A DNA stretch of 64,000 bases, taken from the NCBI GenBank assembly GCA_965263355.1, contig CBDHHL010000034.1, positions 17,299 to 81,298 on the forward strand. The letters run 5' to 3'. Shown one piece after another: positions 56,020 through 64,000 of the stretch; within the stretch, counting starts at the first letter, position 1; every line of letters starts with the position of its first letter. The notes below the pieces were generated by a model that saw only the letters and a program-made list of their open reading frames with translations, searched no databases and was not told the DNA's origin. Source of the stretch: Leptolyngbyaceae cyanobacterium (lineage in GTDB: Bacteria; Cyanobacteriota; Cyanobacteriia; Phormidesmidales; Phormidesmidaceae). A program made the translations under genes and the position numbers.

Positions 56020-56544
56020 CTATTTACTGATGGGCGCTAGATGCTCACTGAGTAGGTCATTAACCAACTGGCTCAGGCTAATACCCTTGTCGGTTGCCGC
56101 TGCTTTGGCCTGAGCTTTCAGATCGGGATCCAGGGTGAGAAGGGTTTTCTCTCTTGGATTATCTCCAATGGACTTACGGCCAGCGTTTCTGGGGTTTCGC
56201 ATTGGCGCGTTTTCGGGGTTGTAGTAACTGACAGGGATAGCCTCCATTTCGTCATCCATGGCTTTGCCAGACCATGCGTAGTAGATCTCTCCGAGCCTGT
56301 ACACTTCTGCGTTTTCGTCGCCTACGTTTAACCGCAGAATGTCAGCAAATTTATATGGACTTCCTAGAGATTCGGCTACAACAACCTCCGAGGGACTAAA
56401 GGTGAACTCCTCGTCTATTTTGGCGTTCTCCCAGATTGAGCGATGGAAGTCGCCAGCGCTTACGTTGTTCCTTATTGAAACATTGGAGACGAGCACCGTA
56501 GTGAATCCGGGGGGTAAACTGCTTTTCATGGCTTGGCTGCTCAA
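56020..56544 (-). CDS. protein with C-terminal RHH/CopG-like domain
   Basis: NPRNAGRK...LTLDPDLKAQAKAAA...ISLSQLVNDLL. Confidence 0.6.
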   Translation of the reverse strand: MSSQAMKSSLPPGFTTVLVSNVSIRNNVSAGDFHRSIWENAKIDEEFTFSPSEVVVAESLGSPYKFADILRLNVGDENAEVYRLGEIYYAWSGKAMDDEMEAIPVSYYNPENAPMRNPRNAGRKSIGDNPREKTLLTLDPDLKAQAKAAATDKGISLSQLVNDLLSEHLAPISK

Positions 56545-56961
56545 CTACATTACTAGTAATTCTATATATAGAATTAATTGCCTATATATTATATTGAAAC
56601 TTGAATAAAGGTTTTGTGAAATGACCACCATCCGCCTCCCCGACTCCCCAGGCCCACGACGCAACAGTAGACCTAGGCCACGGCATGGCACTGTGAAGCC
56701 TCCCCCATGGTCAATGCCTGGTTATCTGTTCGTAGAGAAGCCTGAGGGAGGGTGTTGGTGGGTTAGGGAAGACATTTGTGAGAGAGAAGAGCCGTCAAGT
56801 TTTTAGGCTCGGCGGTTTTTGAGGTTTTCATGATAAAAGATTCCCTGGCTTGGTTTATACGGTCGACTAGGCGCATCCACCTAGTTCAACCAAGCAGGCT
56901 TGAACGCTAAGGATTCTCCAAACCTTTCCTTGGTGAAGTACTTTGCATCCTTGGTTTGTTT

Positions 56962-58732
56962 TTATTGGTCGTAACTCCATCCATTCTTTGGTGTTGAGAG
57001 ATCGCGGCATTCCCACAGGGTAAACTCATACCCTGCGTATCGCGCACCCAGTTGGTTGGCACTGAAATTAAGATGCCAGCAACTAGGAAAGCCGTGTTCG
57101 TCTACTGGATTGTTAAAAGTGCTATCTCCTGAAAATTTTACCCGTCTGTCAGAGTAGTTGGCTGGGTCGTCTAGGCTTGCCTTTCGCAAGGTGATTATTT
57201 GCCCTTGGCGCAAGATACTAGGGTGTAGTTGGTTCATTGTTCATTTGTTCCATAACTATATGTGGTTGCCCAGCGGTCGCGATCGCTCGCTCAGGAATCT
57301 CAGGGTCGACCACAATGGGTATGCTCTCGAATGATTGCAGCTCGATATCTTTGATAGTGTAATTAACCGAGCTGGCCACCTCCAACCTGAGAGCTGAATA
57401 AGTCCAATATCCTAAGATAAGCTGCTTAGGATATTCATGCTGGGTAGATGCGTATGCTTGGATTGCCTTTGTAATTTCGGGTGGGATTGCCATCAGTAGT
57501 TACAGCTTAAAAACTTTTCTTTCCCTGTAGTCGTCGTGTAGACCAGCTTAAAGAAACTGCCTGTGTCAACAAACTCATCAATAACGCTACCAGGGATTTG
57601 TTTTACTTCTTCCATCTGATCTTCAGTTAAATCAATGCCACCGATGGAAATGACTGAACCGCCATTAACGTACAAAATGAGTGTTTGCTCGACAATAACC
57701 GCATCTATGATCATGACTCCTGTGCTTTTATCTTCCATGACTGAATCCATTGATGTAAATTTCTTCAATTAATGGGAATGCCAGTAGACCGTCCCTAACA
57801 ACAGCTTGCATGGCAGTATTTAGCCATGCCTCTTGGTCGATTGACTCATGCTTTTGCTCGTCCCCCAATGCTGTGAGTAATCCAGTGAACTGATAAGCAA
57901 GACCTTCAGGCATTTCAATCTGAAATTCTGCGGCCAGAGCCTTCACGTTCTCAACAGCCTCACTAGATGGGAACTTGAAAGAATAAGTTATTTCCATTTT
58001 TCTCCTTAATGTTTTTCTTTCTTTTCTTGACTAGCTGCGATCTCCCATTTCAGTCATTTATTCCCGTCAGCATCTTTAACACCCAGCGCCTGATCAATCC
58101 CATGCATATGAGTTTTTAGAAAATCAAGCAAAGCATCCATAGCAGTGGGACAGCAATCAGACTCCTGTTCGAAACAGTGATACGTCCATGACCATCCAAC
58201 CTCATGGCTAGGTTGTCGGATGTCTAAACCGGGAATAGCTTGAGAAATTCGTTTCACTAGCCACTCGTTTTGATTAGCTAGTAATTCTTCTCTGTAAATC
58301 TCTTTTAACATTGTCAGCTCTTCTTCTTGAGTAATCACTTAAACCGCCTCCAAATATTCTTTTTCTTGACTAGCTGCGATCGCGAACCTTGCAATTTACG
58401 TCAATCCACGATTGGGCCAATGCGGCTAAAAACCTCGACCCACTGCATGGCTCAAAGTATCTAGGCTTAGTCCGTAAGTATTGCTGGATAGGTTCCCAGC
58501 TTTTTATGAACCTTCTTTTATCGCCATTACACAAATAAAACGTTGACTGACAAAGATTACGCCACTCAGATGAGCAATAAATTGTATGATGCCCAGTTAT
58601 TGCTTCCAAAGCAATAACTGGCGCAGCGCCAAATGCCGCCTTTGCTTCTGCGGGCTGGGCCTCTACCTCTTTGGATATAAGAAAAAGAGGATCATAAAAG
58701 CGTGAATCACTAAAATCTATCTTGCTAATCAC
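56962..58732 (-). other. string of six small hypothetical early genes (56962-57237, 57218-57493, 57493-57768, 57728-57997, 58054-58338, 58370-58732)
   Basis: Co-oriented 89-120 aa ORFs, several with GGAG RBS or overlaps. Confidence 0.55.
58022..58381. repeat. 21-bp direct repeat bracketing a gene cassette
   Basis: TTTTCTTGACTAGCTGCGATC at 58022-58042 and 58361-58381; variant at 58763-58780. Confidence 0.85.
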
Positions 58733-58837
58733 AACATATTTTCTCCTGAAAAATTTTCTCTTTTTTCTTGATTAGTTGCGTCCAGGGCAACTAATCAATA
58801 CCCTGAAACCCCTGCTGTAGTTGCGTTCTGGGAGCAA

Positions 58838-59071
58838 CTATTTATTTTTGGACTGTTTTTGGACTAGCTCTAACAAAGATTCGGATATTTGTATTATTTC
58901 CTTGACCGGCTTGTCCTTGTAGTCGCCTTTTTCCCAGCGGCAAACGGATGACTTATTGCCGCCAGTAATAGATGTTAGCTCATCTTGAGTTAAATTTAGA
59001 TTTTCCCTAGCCTCTTTTAGTATGCCAGGGATTTTGTCTAGCGTAGCGATGAGCATCTTCAGTGATTCCAT
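58838..59071 (-). CDS. XRE HTH repressor (probable start MESLKM)
   Basis: LKEARENLNLTQDELTSITGGNKSSVCRWEKG. Confidence 0.85.
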   Translation of the reverse strand: MESLKMLIATLDKIPGILKEARENLNLTQDELTSITGGNKSSVCRWEKGDYKDKPVKEIIQISESLLELVQKQSKNK

Positions 59072-59077
59072 GGGAAA

Positions 59078-59119
59078 TAGTTGCGACCGGTTGACAACTA
59101 AAATATAGTTCGCTACATT
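59078..59119 (+). promoter_or_regulatory. sigma70 promoter overlapped by a TAGTTG...CAACTA operator
   Basis: TTGACA (59091)-17 bp-TACATT (59114); inverted repeat 59078-59100. Confidence 0.7.
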
Positions 59120-59523
59120 GGGATTGTCAACCAGGAGAAAGATTATGCTATTCGCAATCACGCTTTATGAGAGCAATGAAGTTTTGAGTCTAGTAAGAGC
59201 GGCGTCTCACCATGAGGCTTACGAGGCGTATCGAGCCAATAATTTTGGTAATGGATGCGTCGGGTATGACGTTGATGTTATCGGTGCAGACTATACAGTC
59301 GAGTTTTAATTACTAGGGGCAATTGCCCCGCTCTAATGTCGCCACGCTGAAGCTGCGCTGAAGCTGCGTGCTAGTCCCAAGCCTAGTCAAGACAGAGGGG
59401 AGTTTTCTGAGGGTAAATCAATGGATAATCTCTTCATCATTGGCTACCTTTTGCTTCTCTTCACAGCGAATGTAGCCTTAATGTGAGCCTTCAAATCGCC
59501 CTAGGCATGGCGTCAAACTGCCT

Positions 59524-59991
59524 GTGATGTTGATAACGGAGAATGAAATGAATAGAAACAATGTGACCAGGGATGAATACTTGGCCCTTGCTGGTCAGGT
59601 TATCAATGGATTGCATTCATGTACTGGGTTTCTCAATGAGCCTGAGGATATGGCCGAATCCGTTCTAAAACGGACTGATGCGTTGGTTCAAAAGCTCAAT
59701 GAGCGGTTTGCTCAAGAAGATTTTGAGCCAAGTAGTGGCTATTATCGGCTTTAAGACCCCATGAATAACTCACCTGAATTGCAAGGCCGCATCACCCGTG
59801 CAGCTGCCACTTACTTTAAGCGTCGGCCTTGGCAGATTGACACCATCCATAGCGATGGTGAATGGTACGTCTACTACGCTCATGTGGCGCAGTGGCCAGC
59901 GAGAGAGACTGTGTTAATCAAGCACAGAGTAGTCGAGAGTGATGGTGAATTCTCAGTTGATGGTTTTGCGTTTGAACTCAATGATGACTAG
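59524..59991 (+). other. two small hypothetical genes (59524-59754, 59761-59991)
   Basis: Co-oriented ORFs; first has RDEYLALAGQVINGL...A....DAL pattern. Confidence 0.5.
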
Positions 59992-60127
59992 CCATGGAAA
60001 CATACAAAGCCAACGCAACAGGCGACTACAAAGAAGTATTTATTCGTGGAGTAAATAGGCAGCCAGCTGGGACATCTAGATTAACCCCTAATTGGCTACC
60101 ATAGAGCCATACTGACTTATCGCTCCT

Positions 60128-63100
60128 ATGGTCGCTCAACGCAAGCTGCAGTTAATCATTGAGATTGTCACAAAGCAGCAAAAGAAAATTGCCGAATTAA
60201 TCTCACAGCTCGAATCGCTAAACAAGGCGGCCAAAGACAGCGGGCAGATTGGCGGGGACACGAGACAGATAGACCAGTTGCTTGGGAAAATCCAAGAACT
60301 TGAGTCAGAGCTGGCCAGTTTATCGGGGCAAGCGAAAAAGTTTAATAGCGAAACAGCTAAGGGAGGGAGGCCAACAGCTCAGGCTATCACTGCGATCGCC
60401 ACTTCATTCTTGGCTGTCCAGTCTGCGCTACAAGGTGCTTTTTCGTTAGCCCAAACCTTCTACTCAAAGACCATTGGCTTGAGTGAACAGCTTAACCAAC
60501 AGCTGCTTAAAAATGCTGCCAATATTGCAGCGACTAGCCGAGTAGAAATTGGCGGCAACCTGGTTGAAGGCGTTGAGGCAATTAAAGCACTCCAGCCAGA
60601 ACTAAGGACGGCACTACAAGAACTAGAAAAACGCACCGAAAACATCGCAGGCGTTACCGATCAACAAACCGTGACAGCATTTGATGCCGTGATCGGTAAG
60701 GTGGGGATGCTCAATGGCCAAACCCAGCAATTTAGTAACACGATTGAAGCGTCTACCGAGTTAGCAGCCAGCCTAACGGCTGCACTGTCGGCCAACAATC
60801 TGAGCGATACAACGCAAATTTATCAAGAGATTGGCGATTTAATCACGGGCGACATTACGGCTGATTCCCAGTTAGCCCGAGCGTTGGCAATTGACCGTGA
60901 AACGATCCAGCGATGGCAGCAGCAAGGCGTTCTGGTTGATGAGTTGATCAACCGGCTAAGCGGGTTTGAAGATGCGGCCAATTTAGCATCTAACTCAATC
61001 AGCAATGTATCCAGCAACTTTATTTCCCTGACAGAGCGTATTGCCAGGGAGTCCACAGCAGACCTATTGGACCCAATAGCCAATGGCCTGCTTGAAATCT
61101 TTAACCTGGTCAGCGAGAACGAAGGGGCTATTGTTGCTGAAATACAGGTCGCATTAGAGGCAATTAGCGACATTGCCGAGGAAATTGGAAAGATATTGTC
61201 TCCATTGGCTGATTTGGGTGACGAAGCAGAATACGTGTTGGCCCTTCTTTTGGATGGGTTTCAAGCGATAGGGCGACTGCTTGAGATATTTGGCCCTCAG
61301 ATTCAATCAGTTCTGGCTGGGGCGGTCGATAAGGTTGAATTACTTGTCGATACAGTCCAAGCACTTGGGACAGCGTTTAATTTCGTTTTTGGGGGGCTGC
61401 AAAACGTTGATGATGCATTGGCAGCTTACGGCAATGCTACAGAGGTAGCTGCGGCGGGCTCGCAAAAGCTGATTGATTCGATTGAAAATGCTGGAGACAA
61501 ATCTGAGTCCGCTCGAAGACAGCTCAGGACTTTGGCTGAGGACCAGATTGCAGCAAATGAAGCGCAGATCGAGTCACTTAGGGAGCTGAGCCCTGTCACT
61601 GAAAAGCAGCGTGCAGCGATACGTTCTCAGATTGAAGCCCTTGAAGGATGGAACGATAAGTTAGACGAATCCACAGACAGTCTTCAGGACGTAGGAAACG
61701 ATCTTAAAGTATTGGCTAGAGAACTCCCTGACGTAGCTGATACCTTCGAAGAAGTCGCTACTCGCACTGACAGCGCACTGAAGAATCTAGCCGACGGTTC
61801 TAATGGCACCCTTGAAAAAGTTTCTCAGAACATCAAAACGCTTCAAGAGGGCATCAATCAGTTATTCGATGCTGGGGAATTGTCTGGGGAAGATGCAATT
61901 TCCAGGCTTAATAAAGCGATTGAAGCACCTGGCTTAGAGCTGGGCCAAAAATTAGCCTTAGCGAATGAAGTACGAAAAATTCAAAAGCAGGTTAGCGACG
62001 AGAAGTTAGCCAGCATCGAAACGGAATTATCGGCGGTTGAAGCTGGTCTTTCAGAGGAAGAGAAAGGAACCGCTGATGCCATTGGGCGCGCATCGGCATT
62101 AAGGCAACAGGCGCTAGAACAGCGGATCACCCAAACTAGAGAGGCGATCGCTACAGAAAAAGAACTGCTTGCCCAGGATGCAGGCTCTCAAAGAACTCTA
62201 AATGAACTCCTCAATCAAGAAAAGCAATTAACGGCTGAACGAGAAGCGTTGAACCGTGACTCGTCCCGACAGATCCGTGAAGCTCAAGTTGCGGAACGCA
62301 AAGCAGCTATTGATAGTGAAATTTCATTAGTTCAAGCCCAGATTGACCAAGAGGAACAGGCCACAGCTGAACAAATTACACGATTGAATCAGCTTAGACA
62401 GCAGTCTCTACAGGAGCAGATCACAGCACAGAGATCGTTGGTTGAGGAGTTAACCAGTAGCAATGCATCCGATGCCGCTATCGCTCAGGCTAAAGCTCAA
62501 GCTCAGACGCTTCAGGCTGAATTAAAAACATTAGCGGTCCAAGGGCAACGCGAGATTGAGCAAGCTCGCATCGCTGAGATAGATCGAGCCCAAGACGACA
62601 TTCGAGATATTGCCCTCAATGCCCGTCGCACAATTTTTCAGGAAGAGCAGCTACTGCTGGCAGAACGTGCTAAAAACGCTGAAATCACAGAACAACAGAT
62701 CCAAGCCCGTATCGGTCAGCTCAGGTCTGACGCTGAACGGGACAGGATAGCACAAGAAATTCAATTACAAGAGCAACGGGTTGAAGTATACGAAGAAGGC
62801 TCCCGTCGCCGTCGACAGGCCGAAATCGCATTATCTGAATTACGAATTCAGCTTTCTGAGGCCAATGCAGCAGAAGAAGAAGCCGCCCGTGCTTCAGCAG
62901 TAGCCGCTATCGATACCCAGATAGAAGACGAGCAGCGACTTCAGGGCTTGCAACAGGAACGACTAAGGCTAAGGGAGGAGGCTGAGAGTCGGGTTATCGC
63001 CTCGCTCAACCAACAAAAGGACTTATTTGAGTCCCAGCTGGGGCTTATCCGTGAGCGCAATAGCTTAGCTCAGTCATTGGCTGGCGCTGATACAGCTGAC

Positions 63101-64000
63101 GCTGAACGGGCATTAGAGATACGTCAAGAGCTGAATAATAATGAAAACCTAAGCGCAGAACGCAGGAAGCAGTTAGAGCAAGAGTTGGAGAATTTGGGCT
63201 TTAGGCGCAGTGCCCAAGAGTCAGACATTGCCAATGAGATTATTCAGCGAAAGAAGGAAGAAATTGAACTCCGTGCGCAAGCACTAGCGGCTGAACAGGC
63301 AGCTGCCCGTGCCCAACTACAATTCCAGAATCAGCTTAGAACCCTAGAAGCCCAACGAGAAACGCAGCGAGAACAAAGCAGACTAAGAGAGCTACAATTC
63401 CAACGGACACTTCTAGAGCTAGAGGCTGACAAGGCCGAAGCTGCAGGGAATGCCCGTGGGGCCGAAATTGCTCGCGAGGGCGTCAGTCGAACAGATGAGG
63501 CAATTTCAGCACAGCGTCAAGCGATAGGACAATCACGCAATCGTGAAGCCGTTGTGCAGCAATTGAACAACGATGCCAGTCAGGCGTTAGCTGCCCAACA
63601 AGCCCGAGAATCCTTTGAGTTTGCCCGTGGCGTTGCTGCCGAAGCCCAACAACTGGCTACAGAATTGGGCGATGTCAATGAAGGAGTGAGGCAAAGAGCC
63701 CAAACGTTTGCCAATCAACAGGATGATATCTCTGATGCAGCCAGGATAGAAGCAGAGCAAACATTAATTGGTCTCAGGGATGCTCGCGTTCAGTCTGCCG
63801 CCAAAGAACTCAGTTCTGCACAGGCATTGGCCCAAACAAATATAGAATTGATTGGCTCCGCACAGGAGCAGTTAGCCCTTGAGACTCAACTCGCTAACGA
63901 AGCAGAACGACGGCTGGCTGCTTATCAGTCGCTGTCTGACGCTATTGGTAATTCAGCCCAGGCTCAAACTGAGGAGATCCCTAGCCTAGATACTGGCGGT
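60128..64000 (+). CDS. tail tape measure protein (3' truncated by window, >1290 aa; absent from the ORF track)
   Basis: Manual translation MVAQRKLQLIIEIV...QEIGDLITGDITADSQLARAL..., then long A/E/Q/R-rich helical region; I read no stop before the window end. Confidence 0.8.
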   Translation, partial: MVAQRKLQLIIEIVTKQQKKIAELISQLESLNKAAKDSGQIGGDTRQIDQLLGKIQELESELASLSGQAKKFNSETAKGGRPTAQAITAIATSFLAVQSALQGAFSLAQTFYSKTIGLSEQLNQQLLKNAANIAATSRVEIGGNLVEGVEAIKALQPELRTALQELEKRTENIAGVTDQQTVTAFDAVIGKVGMLNGQTQQFSNTIEASTELAASLTAALSANNLSDTTQIYQEIGDLITGDITADSQLARALAIDRETIQRWQQQGVLVDELINRLSGFEDAANLASNSISNVSSNFISLTERIARESTADLLDPIANGLLEIFNLVSENEGAIVAEIQVALEAISDIAEEIGKILSPLADLGDEAEYVLALLLDGFQAIGRLLEIFGPQIQSVLAGAVDKVELLVDTVQALGTAFNFVFGGLQNVDDALAAYGNATEVAAAGSQKLIDSIENAGDKSESARRQLRTLAEDQIAANEAQIESLRELSPVTEKQRAAIRSQIEALEGWNDKLDESTDSLQDVGNDLKVLARELPDVADTFEEVATRTDSALKNLADGSNGTLEKVSQNIKTLQEGINQLFDAGELSGEDAISRLNKAIEAPGLELGQKLALANEVRKIQKQVSDEKLASIETELSAVEAGLSEEEKGTADAIGRASALRQQALEQRITQTREAIATEKELLAQDAGSQRTLNELLNQEKQLTAEREALNRDSSRQIREAQVAERKAAIDSEISLVQAQIDQEEQATAEQITRLNQLRQQSLQEQITAQRSLVEELTSSNASDAAIAQAKAQAQTLQAELKTLAVQGQREIEQARIAEIDRAQDDIRDIALNARRTIFQEEQLLLAERAKNAEITEQQIQARIGQLRSDAERDRIAQEIQLQEQRVEVYEEGSRRRRQAEIALSELRIQLSEANAAEEEAARASAVAAIDTQIEDEQRLQGLQQERLRLREEAESRVIASLNQQKDLFESQLGLIRERNSLAQSLAGADTADAERALEIRQELNNNENLSAERRKQLEQELENLGFRRSAQESDIANEIIQRKKEEIELRAQALAAEQAAARAQLQFQNQLRTLEAQRETQREQSRLRELQFQRTLLELEADKAEAAGNARGAEIAREGVSRTDEAISAQRQAIGQSRNREAVVQQLNNDASQALAAQQARESFEFARGVAAEAQQLATELGDVNEGVRQRAQTFANQQDDISDAARIEAEQTLIGLRDARVQSAAKELSSAQALAQTNIELIGSAQEQLALETQLANEAERRLAAYQSLSDAIGNSAQAQTEEIPSLDTGG

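Noticed and set aside
60460..61364. Minus-strand ORFs listed in the track
   Set aside because: Shadows of the long plus-strand tape measure ORF. Most short antisense ORFs within 26-48 kb were rejected for the same reason.

Overview
This 64-kb window is part of a temperate cyanobacterial phage. I found at least 13 HIP1 (GCGATCGC) sites, a cyanobacterial-type ThyX and an XisF-like serine integrase. The integrase has phage genes on both sides and no host housekeeping genes appear, so this is probably the free or excised form. From left to right: antirepressor and small early genes; SSB/ERF recombination genes; a lambda-like divergent repressor switch (7.2-8.5 kb); replication genes (initiator with internal iterons, primase-DnaB fusion, HNH, Dam-like MTase, ThyX); the integrase; an accessory island (18.9-26 kb); a minus-strand head/tail module (26-47 kb); a ParB-MTase and divergent terminase; a second replication-like module (Rep + RecD2); XRE-controlled small genes; and a tape-measure gene running off the right end. 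The main result is a compact phage-encoded type V CRISPR system. It has an RHH gene and a 564-aa TnpB/C2c8-like RuvC effector with intact D-E-D, transcribed divergently from a structured tracrRNA candidate with a perfect 19-nt anti-repeat and a 4-repeat array. No cas1/cas2 are present. Other notable items are a PAS-EAL c-di-GMP phosphodiesterase split exactly at a G GGA AAG slippery heptamer, and a 970-aa modular head protein whose modules are bounded by an [RKH]-x-D motif that also saturates the scaffold. All family assignments are by eye from motifs; no searches were run.
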